A stretch of DNA of 62,971 nucleotides, filler included, from Conidiobolus incongruus B7586 (lineage: Eukaryota), in NCBI GenBank assembly GCA_000697335.1. It is 17 parts of 17 records of this genome, joined end to end, with 100 filler letters (N's around TTAATTAATTAA, not from the genome) between each part and the next. Parts side by side here need not be neighbours in the genome. Positions count along the whole stretch, not along the records: positions 35,834 to 55,267 come from JNEM01000071.1; positions 55,368 to 56,387 come from JNEM01000074.1; positions 56,488 to 59,059 come from JNEM01000079.1; positions 59,160 to 61,330 come from JNEM01000087.1; positions 61,431 to 62,971 come from JNEM01000088.1; 12 more parts are not named here. One strand, given 5' to 3'. A program made the translations under genes and the position numbers. Position 1 is the stretch's first letter; every line of letters starts with the position of its first letter. A model generated the notes under the pieces. That model searched no databases, was not told where the DNA came from, and worked only from the letters and a program-made list of their open reading frames with translations. Shown piece after piece: positions 49,157 to 62,971 of the stretch.

Positions 49157-52100
49157 AATTACTATAGCTTAATAAAATATTTATTTAATTGAAATTATTC
49201 GATAACAAATAGATTTCAGTAGAATATTATATAATAAAAATTAATTTATTTACTATGTATAATTTATATATTTCTTGATAATTGGTTAATAATTTTAACA
49301 AATATTTTATTATATTTTATTTTACCTTGTGTTATAATATCAGTTACCTTGCTACTTCTAGGAATTAAAATTTTATTAAATTTATTATTATGCTGTACTA
49401 TTAATAGATCTTTTTTTCGCTTATCATAAAATTAATTTGTTTTTTAAATATGGATATCTGGTTATTCAACTATGAATTTCTTTACTAAAATGATAAAAAT
49501 ATTTTATAAAAAGTATAGAAATGTGTTCATCAAAGGTATTAAAATATTTGATGTATTGATAAGTTTATTATAATTTTTATTAAAAATAAAAATAAATCAA
49601 AGCAGTTTATTTATTAGCTGTAATTAATATATTAATAACACATTTGATAAAATACAAATTGAATATATTGTTTTTAAAATTTAAAATGTAAAATAAGTAA
49701 TAAGCAGAGATTAGTAATATTACCAAATTTCAAGTCTTTATATCAATATCATAGTTAGCTATGATATATTAGATTGACGTGTTTCATAGATAAAATTTGT
49801 ACTTACAATGAAACTATATATCTATTTTCCTACTTTGATTTTTAATATGTCCGAATAAGTTATTAAAATGATATTTTTTATAATTGGATATTATAAATGA
49901 ATTGAAAATAATTTGTGATTAATTGGGTAATTTGTAAGTAAAGATCTTTTAATAAATGATCGTTCAATTTTAAAAAAATATCACCAATATTATGATATAT
50001 TAAGTAGATATAAATATATCAGTATTATTGAAATAAATATTCATTACCAAATTGATTAAGGATTAATATAAATATATCATTAAGTAATTTTAAAAATTAT
50101 TTAATTATATCCTTAAATAATAAATATATATTAATTTGGCTAATATAATTTTTTATAATTTGATATATCATTGTAAATCTATGATTGAGATGTAATATGT
50201 AAAATTTTATAGAGTGCAATTTATATAAAATTTGAATAAAAAATATGAAAGTTAAAAATAATATAATAAAAAACCATTGATTTTTATATTTGTATATTCA
50301 TATATTCGGATAAAATGTCCATCTAATATTTTGAATTTAAAATTTTTAAATATTATTATTAATATAAAAATAAGAATCAATATTAAAAATTTAATATTTA
50401 AAATAATATTGAAAGTTTATTTTTAATATTCCATACTTTTCTGTATTAAGTATTTTATTTAGTATATAATTATATATTGTAATATCAATTCCAAATTACA
50501 GCGAGATGATTAACAAAATAATTTTATTAATTGCTAGTGTACATTATTAATCCAATTATATAAAAGAAATTCATTCCTTGAATATATGAAATTTAATCAT
50601 TGCATCTTGCTGACACAATATTTATATAATTAATTGCAAAATTATTGAATATTAAGAAAATGATTCTCTGAATAATTTATAATATCTTAATCATCATTAC
50701 CATTCAAAACATTAAATTATAGTTATAAGCTGACTAAACATTTATTAATTCTATTCATTTAATCAATTTATTTTTTAGAATAAAATTTAAATGATCACTT
50801 TTATTCAAAAATTAAGTAAAACTATATTCTTAATAAAGTGAATTTATCTTTGTGAATATTAATAATTTTAATATTGAAAAATCAATCAAAAAGTTGAAGT
50901 ATATATTTGGATCATACTTCCCTTTCTAAAATATTCAATGAAATGGTTTCATTGATCAGCCACGCATTATAATTTATTACTTTATTACTAAACTGTATTT
51001 ATTTTTTTTTGGGAGTTTCTCAAAATCCGTTAAATTATGATTTTGTGTGTGAGTAGAAAAAAAATGATTAATTCTATCCGGATGGTTAATATTCTGATCA
51101 TTTTGAGTAAAAATAAATATATTCATATTATATTGCACTATCCACTCATTATAAAAAATAAAGGTCCAACTATGAGATGTGATGTTAGATTCAAATAATA
51201 CAAAATAACTGAGCTCATTTAATCTGAAGAAATAACCCAAAATTTGAAATTTGTATTGATGATCTTATATTGGTTAATAATTTTACGATTTTAAAATATC
51301 AGATAACTGTTTCGATTTGTTTAGAGGATTTATCAGATAATGGATAAAATATGGATGGAAATTAATGATACAATTTTTCTCATGTGATACTTCATTCTAA
51401 TCGGGATTTTAGTATTTTAAATCATTAGATTATTGATATTTGAATATTTAATCAGTACATATTTAATTATATGGAACAATTTGATAAACGCTCATATTTG
51501 GATATACATTTTTTTTGTAAATAATAAAATAAATCAAAAATAGAATATCTCGTACAATTTAACCCAGTATTCTAAAATTGTTTAAAAAAATCCAAATTGA
51601 AAATTGGAATATTTCGGTATCCATATATAAATGATACAGTTATTGATCTTATATCCAATCAAATTAATATAATTAAATCAATTGAGAAATATTGATCTGA
51701 TAATTAGTAGGATTTTCATAACATTTTTCACTACACGAGACAGATAAGTTGGGAATTTTAGTTAAATAGCAAATATGAGAAAATCTTTATTTTTATATTT
51801 ATTTTTAAGGAAACGAACGATTGAATAAAAATAATATAAGCGATAGAGTAGAATTCATTAAACCTTAGAAATAGTATATAGCTATTCAATGCAAAATATT
51901 TCTTCAAAATCGTTTTAAAAGATAATATTTGAGAAGGATTTTATTAATTCCAATTTTTGATTAATAATATGACTCACCCCAATTTTATATAATTTCAAAT
52001 TTGATAAAATATTTCAAAATTCACTCAATTTGATTGGTTGGTTAATGGGTTATGTTTGATATAAAATTTTTACAAAAATTACCTATGAATAGGAAAAAAA

Positions 52101-55100
52101 TCAATTAAGTTACAGTCAAGTAGTGAAAAAAAAACTTATTTTTAAAGAATTTATAATGCTGGGGTTGATATAGGATTATTATATCAAGTCGAAATGAACA
52201 ATAAAGACAGTTTAATTAAAAATCAATATTATAAATAATGAACTATTAAATAAAACCTAGGACCTTTAGAACTTTCATTGTAGTTAATATTAGTATATAT
52301 GACTATAATAATATATAATATGATAAGTTTGTAATGAATATATTTTGTCATAATTTGGACTCTGTTATATATATATATATATATCTAAATAACTTGGGCA
52401 AGGTTTTATAATTTATTAATTATTTTATATACTTTGATAAGGATTAGTATTTTATTGATAAAATGAATTAAATATTTATTTTTACAAAACTATTAATAAT
52501 TAAATAAAAACAAAAATTTATTATAAGTTACTCATTAAGTAAAAAAAAAATTGATAATTGTTCCACTTTCTTAACTAACAAAATATATTCTAATAGTTAT
52601 TAAGGTTTTAATATTAAATCTTTAATTGTTGATATATGTAATAAAGTTAAATTATTTAGATAATCAAGATCATTCAATTAATAAAATATTAGTTAATAGT
52701 TATAAAGGCTAAATACCGAAGTTATATTTATTTTGATTATTCCTTGAAATATTAGGTGAAATTTATTAGTAATTAACCTTAACTATAGCTTATCATCTTA
52801 AAGTCCGATATAACCTTTAAAATCTCAAAAATTTACCTCTTAATAAAAGATCAATTGTGTAAAAATTAATTGAGTTATCTCTATGGGACATATGGAGAAA
52901 AGTTTATCATTTTAGTTATATTAATATTTTGATAATTTTGAATTGTGAGAATTACTTTGATGAATTTAAATTGATCCAACTTTACTATTATATTAATCAT
53001 TCAGTTAAGCGCACGCTAGGAAATATATTAATTATATCATTCAGTTAAAATTATAAATCAAATATGATATACATTATTTTGTTCTTGATACTTTAAAATT
53101 GAAATTTGATCCATATATTAATTAAATCATAGTTTATTTGTTTAGTTTAACAAATGTAATGTTAGCTGTTACTTGAATCTAATTTTTATAGAAAATATAC
53201 TCAAGTTTTAACTTATATAATGATATAAAATCAATCAAATTAATTAAAAAGATTTATTCAAAATTATTTGAATAACCAAATATAATATTGATAATTAAAA
53301 TCAAAATCATTTTATTTATATTAAAAATTAAAAAATTTGATTTTAAGTTATATTGATATATTAAGTATTAATAACATAATATCAATTTCAGTTTATTATT
53401 ATATAATTAAAAACTATAGTATTGAAACATATCTGTTATTATATGTATATTTTCTTACTTACTAAAACTCTTATAAAAAGAAAAAATTATTAGTATATTA
53501 ATTCAATCACAATAATAAACTTAATTTGGAATTATATCTTAGCTATTATAAGATAAACGTCAAATCAATTTATAAGTAATAGGGATTATATAATAAGAAT
53601 ATATAGAGTATTAATTGGCTATTGTTGACTATTGAATTGTAAAGTGAATAAATTATAAATTAAACTATAATATTAAATATAAAAATATTATATGTATATA
53701 TTTTTTTAAAGAAATTTATCATTGAAAAAGGAATTTTAAATAAATATTTAATTAATATTTCAGAATTAAAAAAATAGGGAATTATTTAATATTAGATTTT
53801 TCAAATATATTATAAATTTCAATATATATATAATAAATATGAAAATATTTACATTTAAACTATATATATATATATATATATTCAATTTTAATTATTTTTT
53901 TTTAAAATATTTTGATTTTAAAATTTATACTTAAATTTATTTATACTTTAACTAAATAATGACTATCAAAAGGCTTTTATTTTTGTATTTTTAAAATTTA
54001 ACCATAAACCCTTTAAAAACATTTAAAACTTGCAAATAGTTTATAAAGATGATGTTTTATTTAAAACTACCATATATTGCTAGATTTGTGATTTTAAAGC
54101 TAGAAGGGACACTATTCAAAATTTACCAAAATCTAGAATATTAATTTCTATTATTACTTTTTTACTTATTAATAAAATAAAAAAATATATTAAAAGATAT
54201 TTTTTTATTCTTGTTAAAAAACTATCAAAGTGATTTAATATTAATTATATAAGCATGTTATATTTACTTAAGTTTAAACTTAGATTAAATAATAAAAATT
54301 TATAATAGATATCTTATAATTTAACAAAAACTTAAAAAAACTAAAGCAGCTATAGCTAAACTAAACTTATTAAGATATAGCCAAAAATAATGGTTTTTAT
54401 AATAAATACTAATAATTAATAAATTTTAAATTTTTTTATATCATTCTTTATCTAAAAATAAAACAAGATGTTAAGTTAAGCTAAATTAATCTTTCTTTAA
54501 AAATTCTAATAAATAAGTATTTTAAATATAAGCAAATATTAATTATTAAAATAGATTATAATGGTATATAGTTTTTTTATTTAATATCTCAAGGAAAATT
54601 AAATAATAATAAATTTTATATTATCTTTTTAAATAAAATAATTTTTAAATGGTATTCTTAATATAAATTAAAGATATCTATTATTTTGCATAATAATTGC
54701 AAAATATATAAAGCTAAAGTTATAAAAGATTTTATATATAAAAAAAATAAAAAGAGTTACCATATCTAATATATTTATTTGATTATTACCAATATAATTA
54801 TAATTGTTTTACATAATTAAAAAATAGCTTGCAAGAAAAAAAATTCTTATAAATAAATTAAATTAGTTTATAAAATATCAAATTTCAGTCTTTAATAAAA
54901 AGAACTATTTTTTTAGATATTAAAAGTTTACTAAAAATATAGAAAAAAGTTAATAATAATAATAAAGGCTATTTATATTAAAAGAGGCTATTAATTTTAT
55001 ATTATTCATTATTGTTTATATATTATTTATTAATTAATTTTTTAAAATTTTTTAAAATTATTTAAAATTTATTACTAGATAAATTATTTTAAAATTTAAA

Positions 55101-56487
55101 AGAATATTATCTAAAATTTATTAGAATCAATATAACTAATTTTATTTATTATTTTTTAACTATTAATAAATCAATAAATATATTATTAAATATTTATTTT
55201 TGAATTAAAAAGTTATTATAGTATATTAATATTACTGATTTTGATATATTATATTTATTAACCCATANNNNNNNNNNNNNNNNNNNNNNNNNNNNNNNNN
55301 NNNNNNNNNNNTTAATTAATTAANNNNNNNNNNNNNNNNNNNNNNNNNNNNNNNNNNNNNNNNNNNNTATCCGAATCTGCTTAGATGGAAGCATCTCAGT
55401 ATATAGTTTTTAGAATCTTATCTTGTTTATATATATGTATTCATATTATTAATCTTATATTTTAAAATAAATAGAATTCATGGTTAATTTGTTAATGAAT
55501 ATAGTTAGAGGTATATATTTCGATATCGATCCAATTTAAAGATTGCATAGATATGTAATTATAGTTATTAAAAATAATATATTTGCATTGAATTAGGATA
55601 TATTATGAAAAATGTGAATAAGTATTACTATAACTTGCAAGTTAAGATTGTTTTTTAAAATTTTTAATTTTTACTTATAGTGTGATTATTCATCAAATTT
55701 CTGGAACTTAAAATTAAATTCATAAATTTGAAAATTAGATTATTATTTTTATTATTATTATTATCTTGTATAAATAATTTTTAAAGCAAATTTTGACAAA
55801 TTTAGTCTATTACAATGTTAAAAATAGATAAATTAAAATGCATGGTTTTTATATAGGGCATTTTTTTTTATTTTGAAGCCTTTCTCTCATTATTAATTGT
55901 AATATAAAGATATAACATTATATGATAATTTGAATTTTATGATACATATTAAATTATGATTTTATTTTGAACTGAAATCCTTAAATTTACCTTATAATAT
56001 TGAACTGAGTTTTCAATTGGTAATAAATATAAAGTTTGATATAACATCCTGAATATTAGAGTATATTCTGACATAATTATTAAAAATAGTAATCAATTTC
56101 ACCAAAAGTATCTATATTATAAGCATTTTGATTATAATTAGTTTAATAATATTTTATCATTATTTTTAAAATGGGCACTATTTTAATAATTTTTTCAATT
56201 ATTAAAGTCCGTTGGTTTTTATATAGAATGTTAATAAATAATAATTAACTTAAATAGCAAATAGCTTTAAAAAGTTTTTAAACAGAAATATTTAAATTAA
56301 TATAAGGATCGAATTAAATTTGTTATCCCTAATTAAGGTAGACCAAAATTAAGTTATTAAATTCATTCTCAAGTTATAGTTATTAAANNNNNNNNNNNNN
56401 NNNNNNNNNNNNNNNNNNNNNNNNNNNNNNNTTAATTAATTAANNNNNNNNNNNNNNNNNNNNNNNNNNNNNNNNNNNNNNNNNNNN

Positions 56488-57815
56488 AAGAACAGATACT
56501 TTCATAGTAATTCTTCCAAATTAGCTTGGTCTGAAGCAGTGAAAAAGGCTGAATCCTTAGTGAACCCTACCTCAAAGCCTTTAATTGATTTCAGGCAAAT
56601 CGTTCAAGATGATCTCTCCTTATTAAATCATAATATCAAAGAAATTCTATCTTCGGGTCATCCTGTATTAAACACTATCTCACAGTATCACTTTAACGTT
56701 GGAGGTAAACATATTCGTCCTATCATAGTATTGCTACTCTCTCAAGCTACTAGCATTGCTCCCAAGAAAATTGAAGATCCTAGCTTGGTTGATATTGATC
56801 AGCCTATTGATCAAAATTTCACTTTGAACGGATCAAGATGGAAAGATGATTATAATACTCACGGTAAACCCAATGGCTCTCAACTTCCTTCAAAATGTCC
56901 CGAAGGTTGCACTATCTTGCCCTCTCAAAGAAGACTAGCTGAGCTTGCTGAAGTCATTCACACCGCCTCTCTGTTTCATGACGATGTAATAGATAATTCA
57001 GATTTACGTCGTAACGCCCCTTCAGTTAACGCTCAGTTTGGAAATAAAATGGCCATTTTAGGAGGTGATTTCTTGCTTGCTAGGGCCTCTGTGAGCTTAG
57101 CAAGGCTTAGAAATGTCCAAGTCGTGGAATTAATGTCAACCGTCATTGCCAATTTAGTTGAAGGAGAATTACTTCAAATTAAAGACGTCTTGCCCACCGA
57201 ACACTGTGATACAAACGGGCCCAATGACCAAGTTTTCGAGTATTATTTGGAGAAAACTTACTTAAAAACTGCTAGTTTGATTGCCAATAGCTGTAGAGGG
57301 GCTGCTGTATTGGGTAATTCAACCGATGAAATCAGCGAAATAGCATATGAGTATGGAAAGAACTTGGGAATGGCTTTCCAGGTATTTAAATACTGTATTA
57401 TATTGTCTTTAATATTAAATTGTTTTGATTAGTTGATTGATGATATGCTTGATTTTGTTGTGAGTGCCGATGAATTTGGCAAACCTGTTGGAGCTGATCT
57501 TGAGCTTGGTTTAACTACTGCACCCGTTCTATTTGCCTGGCAAGAGTTCCCCGAGCTTGGGCCTTTGATCAAGAGGAAGTTCTCTGAACCCGGAGATGTC
57601 CAAAGGGTAATCGCTATAATTTATATTAATGACTGTTACTAATTGTATACTAGGTTCGCGATTTGGTATTCCAAAGCCAGGGGCTCCACAGAACAAAAGA
57701 TTTAGCTATCAGCTACTGTAAATTAGCCACTTCAGCTATTTCTCAATTGCCATACTCTGAATCAAGAGAAGCTTTAATTCAGCTTTGTGAAAAAGTCGTT
57801 GAAAGAAAGCGCTAA
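56488..57815 (+). CDS. COQ1: Trans-polyprenyl diphosphate synthase (coenzyme Q side chain), 5'-truncated. Exons <56488-57381, 57433-57606, 57654-57815
   Basis: GGKHIRP, QRRLAELAEVIHTASLFHDDVID..RR, GNKMAILGGDFLL, YLKTASL, AFQ/LIDDMLDF and GKPVGADL..G..TAPVL. Confidence 0.95.
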
Positions 57816-59217
57816 TCATATCATCATTATTTACATATTTAATAACCCCTTAAAAACATTTAAATATACTTTCAACCTTATTCCATAGAGCTAACTATAT
57901 TTATTTATTTGTTAATAATTAATTATACCACATGTTTCAAAATCATCCAAAAGATTTCAATAGATTTTTCCTATTTATATAAATTTATTTTGGTTATGAT
58001 TTTTAAATTTCCATTAAATAATCAAGATGCTGTTAAATATATATATATATATATATTTATATAATATGTGCAATAGTAATTTCATATTATATATTACTTT
58101 CTTTAACCAATTCATTTTTATTTCAAATTTCATTCATAATATATTCAATGCAAAAATTTATTTAGATTTTGATTGATTTGTTCTAATAACAATCCCAATT
58201 TATTTCTTTTGTCCTGTTATTTATCTATTGTTAATTACACAAATCTATCAAGCTACAAAACTTCATCTCCAATATATCTAACAACACTAACAACAGCTTA
58301 TCTATGAACAAATGTTATATATTATTAATTCTATATCAGCCAATAATATATAATTTGATTAATTTTTAAATTTTTTGGATAAAATTAATTTTGATTATTA
58401 AATATAATTAATATATATACAATATAATGTATTTATTAACATTCATGATTTGTCAAATTTTGATAGTAAACACCTTTGCTCAATTTTTAAAATAATCTGG
58501 ATAAATATCATTAATTTTTAAAATTATAACATTACCAAGTTTCTTGATCAATTAAACATCAAATTCATAATTAAGATAAAAAATTTTTTCAATTAATCAT
58601 CATAAGAAATTTTAGTGAAATATGAATAATGAAAATTATGTTAATATGTTTCATTTGAAAATATTATTAAAATTTAATTTTAGCAATGGCATTGCTAATA
58701 TATTTTTGTGATTATAACTGTAATAGTAATATTTATGATAAAAAAATTGAAAATAACCTCAGAAAGTTTATTATATAAGTATAAATAATTTGCATTGAAA
58801 ATTCAATTAATGAAAGTATTTATTTGCATAATTCATTTAATCTTTTAAAAACAAATCAATAATTTAGAGATTAATTGATAAAAAAACTCTATATACATAA
58901 TATAGTTTTAAATAATAAATATTATAATTTATAATTTTAAAAGTGATCTTATTATTAATAAGAAAGTTATATTTATTTGAAATAAATAAAACCATAACTT
59001 GTTTAAATTTTAATAAATATTACCTTATATTTTAAATAATGGGAATTTTTTGTGATTAANNNNNNNNNNNNNNNNNNNNNNNNNNNNNNNNNNNNNNNNN
59101 NNNTTAATTAATTAANNNNNNNNNNNNNNNNNNNNNNNNNNNNNNNNNNNNNNNNNNNNCTTATTCTATATTAATCAAGTCTTTAATTCCTAATCTATTA
59201 ATCATCTTTTGATCAAA

Positions 59218-59493
59218 ATGAAATTCACTGTCGTCGTTGCTACCATTTTGGCCACAGCTTTCGCTTCCCCAACTGATGTTCTCAATCTCGTTAATGTTAA
59301 GCGTGTGCCTGTTTCTGTTTTGAGCTCTGGAAATACCTCTGCTGATAACATCGACATCTCTAACATTAGTCAAGATGGTGTCGGCAGCGGGGTTGGTGCC
59401 GATCAAGTTGTTCGTGAAGCAACAAGAAATTATGAAGAAGATGCCGTTGAAGCATTGTTGGCTTTATTAGTTGGACACGACTATGAAGAATAA
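59218..59493 (+). CDS. Small secreted acidic protein of unknown function (91 aa) with one KR site
   Basis: MKFTVVVATILATAFA|SP signal peptide, GC-rich coding-like codon usage, AAAATG start context and AATAAA after the stop. Confidence 0.78.
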   Translation: MKFTVVVATILATAFASPTDVLNLVNVKRVPVSVLSSGNTSADNIDISNISQDGVGSGVGADQVVREATRNYEEDAVEALLALLVGHDYEE

Positions 59494-61430
59494 TAGACTG
59501 ACATGTTTAAATTAATTTATTATAAATAAATATTAATTTATATTACATTATAGTGTTAATTTTATAATATACTATTACATTTATTCAAGTATTAATGACC
59601 AAAATAATTGGAAATATTAATTAATTCCTTTAGTATCCTGAATTATTAGTTATATTTCAATATCAATTATCAACGTTAAATTAATCTAATAATTAATTAA
59701 ATATACAGTTCTTTGAAATTCTGATTGAGAATAAGATCAATGAGTTTTTTCATTTACAACTTACGAAGAGATTAATATACAGTAATCAAAATTTTATTTT
59801 AATAACTATTAAATATTAATGCATATACTAACCTATTCTATAGTGATCATGCTTCTATTTACTTTTGTAAGTATTTTTGCTCAATACAGTCATTTAGCAT
59901 TCTTCTCGTATTGAAATTGCGTTTTGTATAATAACAAAAATATTTCGTAAATTTTACTATATTTGATTATATTTACGTTTAATACATCTAGTATTTTATT
60001 AATTGGACTGGTAGTTTGGTTTCGATATCATTCCATAATATTATTAAATTGAAAATTTTTGTCATAATTATCCAATACAGCAACTATAGAGAAAAAGGTT
60101 AGTGTTTATCTATTTATTTGTTAAAGTATACACTACAACTATGGAAATAGAATTTAATACAATTTAAATTATTCAGCGGTTATCCAAATAAGAGATCCGA
60201 ATACTTATAAATTCATCATATTTCAGCTCATAAATTTGATATATTTGACCAAAAAACCACCTCAAGTTTGAGATATTTATTATTTTTATTATGTTTGATT
60301 TTCATATTATTTGGCAAATTGACATATAATTTCATGATGGTGTTGGACTTTGAAAAATTTTCCGTACAATTTTTCAGTTTAATAAAACTGTACCAAATTT
60401 TTATATCAAAAACAATTTGTAATGAACTACAAACCACTTCAATCAAATTATAAATGCATCTAATGATGACTATTAATAAACTATCTAATACATGTAATAT
60501 TGACAATGGCGATCTTAAATTTCGATTCCTAAGATTATTTTTTTTCAATTTCAAAAAGCCTTTAAATACATATCTTTTATTAATAATATCATTTATTTTT
60601 AAATATGCTATACAAATTACTGAAATATATGGAAAAGAGTTGTTTAAATACGCAGGAAGGATTATAAATTGACTTTGAAGTTTTAGGTATAACAAATCAA
60701 TTTTTGCCCAAAAAATACAAAATTTTATAATAAGAGGAGAAATTGAAAAATATATATTCTTTAATATAATGTGTTGATAGGAATATAAATTTGTATTAGC
60801 ATTATATGTATATTATTGAACAACTATATAACTTATTAAATAATTTAAGAAAAAACAATTTTTATCATAAGATACTATGAGATATACAATTGAGGAGAAT
60901 ACTCTAACATGATAGAGCTAAATAAAATTCATGATATTTTAGACAACATTAAATATGACCAGTATAGAATAGGTTAGTATATGCATTAATATTTAATAGT
61001 TATTAAAATAAAATTTTGATTACTGTATATTAATCTCTTCGTAAGTTGTAAATGAAAAAACTCATTGATCTTATTCTCAATCAGAATTTCAAAGAACTGT
61101 ATATTTAATTAATTATTAGATTAATTTAACGTTGATAATTGATATTGAAATATAACTAATAATTCAGGATACTAAAGGAATTAATTAATATTTCCAATTA
61201 TTTTGGTCATTAATACTTGAATAAATGTAATAGTATATTATAAAATTAACACTATAATGTAATATAAATTAATATTTATTTATAATAAATTAATTTAAAC
61301 ATGTCAGTCTATTATTCTTCATAGTCGTGTNNNNNNNNNNNNNNNNNNNNNNNNNNNNNNNNNNNNNNNNNNNNTTAATTAATTAANNNNNNNNNNNNNN
61401 NNNNNNNNNNNNNNNNNNNNNNNNNNNNNN

Positions 61431-61962
61431 ACTGCGATCAGAACCATATCTCATAGATTGATCTTGTAAATCACATTCACCACCTTGATCACAGATGGGA
61501 CAATCAAGCGGATGATTGGCGAGAAGAAATTCCATAACACCTTCACGAGCTTTCTTTACCAAAGGAGTATCAGTGTGGACTTTCATTCCAGGCATGATTG
61601 GGAAGGCACATGAAGCAACAGGTTTGGGAGATTTTTCTAATTCAACCAAACACATACGGCAATTACCAGCCACATTTAATCTTTCATGATAACAGAATCT
61701 AGGAATATCAACTCCAGCCTTTTCACAAGCTTGGATTAATGCAGAACCTTGTTCAACTTTGATGGGCTTTCCATTAATAAATAATTCAACCTCAGCTTTA
61801 CAAGCACGAGTAGAAGAAAGGTGACGAATTCCTAAAAATTAAAATTGAAAGATCATAAGTTGATTGAATTAACAAGAAAAGGTATTATTAAAGTTTTAAA
61901 GTACCTTGTAAAGGAGCTCTTAAAGGTGACTTTAAGGATTGTTTTAATAAAGCTGATAACAT
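61431..61962 (-). CDS. NDUFS1: NADH:ubiquinone oxidoreductase 75/78-kDa subunit, 3'-truncated. Exons 61962-61905, 61831->61431
   Basis: Mitochondrial presequence [28 protein letters not shown], followed by [22 protein letters not shown] and [19 protein letters not shown]. Confidence 0.96.
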
Positions 61963-62971
61963 CGCTCTCTTATTTTATTTTATTAAACGATGTGAGAGTT
62001 AGCGTAATTTTGAATCTAATCTTATCTATGAATCAACCTATCATCTGAATTCATTTATGACTTTTGCTATATTATTTGATTGGCCAATTTCATCAATTTG
62101 ATCAATTATTTCAAATTTCCATTATTCGAAAAAATTCAATCCCATAAATCATATACCGTGATTTAAAATAATATTGTTTATTACATCACAATTTTAAGCA
62201 TTTTCAATAGGATTAATTTTCAATTTACAGCTGATATCTTATATAGAATAACTTTGGTTTGCTCTTAAATATTATATAAACATTCAAGAATATTATTTTG
62301 AAATGATGCAGGTTAATTCAACTAATAATTCGAGGTTTATAGAATATTTTAAATTCATAATAATATAATAATATTTATATTTCAAAATAATATGAGATAT
62401 AACTGATTTTTTGAGTTCAATAAAATACTTATAAATAATATAATTGATTTGTAATTAATTGTAAGTTTAATGGCTAATTATTAGTCAGTGAAAACTAAAA
62501 AGCTTTAAACAATTTATTATCATAGTTTAATTTTATTTTACAAAGAGAGTAATCAAAAAGAATTATCTTTTTTAACTATAAAGATCAAATCATATATATT
62601 TTTATTCAAACAATAGAATTGGCAAAACTATATATCTATAAAATGTTTGATATTAAGATAAAAAAATATAATTAGATTTTATTGGCAATATGTTGTAATA
62701 TGGGTTATTTTATTTAAATTATATTCAATACTAAAATGGTTTTAATATATAATATTTTACCAGAATAATAAAAGTTAAGAAGCTTATTATGAACTCTCAC
62801 TATAATAATCGATATATTTATTAATATTTTATTATTATTAAATAATTCATAAGTAATATTAAAATTTAATAAAATATACATTATAATCATTAATATTTAG
62901 AATCAAATATAATTTATATATTATTTAGCTAATATATTAGATTTTTCCTTTAATATTCAATATAAATTAAA

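Larger units (their letters stand above)
37313..51703. promoter_or_regulatory. Cluster of ATCWGATAA (SreA/Urbs1-type iron-responsive GATA) boxes
   Basis: Exact matches on either strand at 37315, 37519, 39332, 39777, 40192, 40773, 41056, 46970, 47206, 47233, 51298, 51332 and 51695. TATAAATA at 41084 and 47434, about 40 bp before each transporter ATG. Confidence 0.7.
2048..61430. other. 16 artificial 100-bp contig spacers (N44-TTAATTAATTAA-N44) starting at 2048, 4993, 7140, 8610, 10090, 11539, 13686, 24898, 28506, 30254, 33407, 35734, 55268, 56388, 59060 and 61331
   Basis: Identical N-flanked 12-mer with stops in all six frames. Genes are truncated at the spacers and do not resume on the other side. 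Confidence 0.97.

Noticed and set aside
55368..55412. Possible last codons of a gene at a contig start
   Set aside because: Fewer than 15 codons and two plausible frames, so it cannot be assigned.
60228..60695. AT-rich ORFs at 60.2-60.7 kb (also 12829, 21294, 40443, 50977)
   Set aside because: Low-complexity I/K/N/F/L composition expected from AT-rich DNA, with no recognisable motifs.

Overview
Very AT-rich eukaryotic DNA, most likely from an early-diverging fungus. The ~50-70 nt GT-AG introns, gene content and base composition suggest Entomophthorales/Conidiobolus-like, but that is inference. The window is not one locus: 17 contigs are joined by 16 artificial 100-bp N44-TTAATTAATTAA-N44 spacers, and genes are cut off at the spacers. 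Recognisable genes are choline/ethanolamine kinase, WRAP73/WDR8, the RNA Pol I/III subunit AC19, a GMC oxidoreductase tail, a PMC1-type Ca2+-ATPase, dynein light intermediate chain, a RhoGAP tail, an MCM2 tail, an NRPS-like reductase tail, two tandem siderophore-iron-type MFS transporters (one interrupted by a single TGA at a Trp position), COQ1, NDUFS1 and a small secreted protein. There are also alkaline phosphatase and kelch pseudogenes, two GC-rich solo-LTR-like islands and decayed transposon remnants. Most notable: (1) a 99-aa secreted Kex2-type precursor predicted to release repeated QWGWGG(H/R)HGGNYY peptides, whose repeats differ almost only at synonymous sites; (2) strong clustering of ATCWGATAA (SreA-type iron GATA) boxes around the transporter pair.
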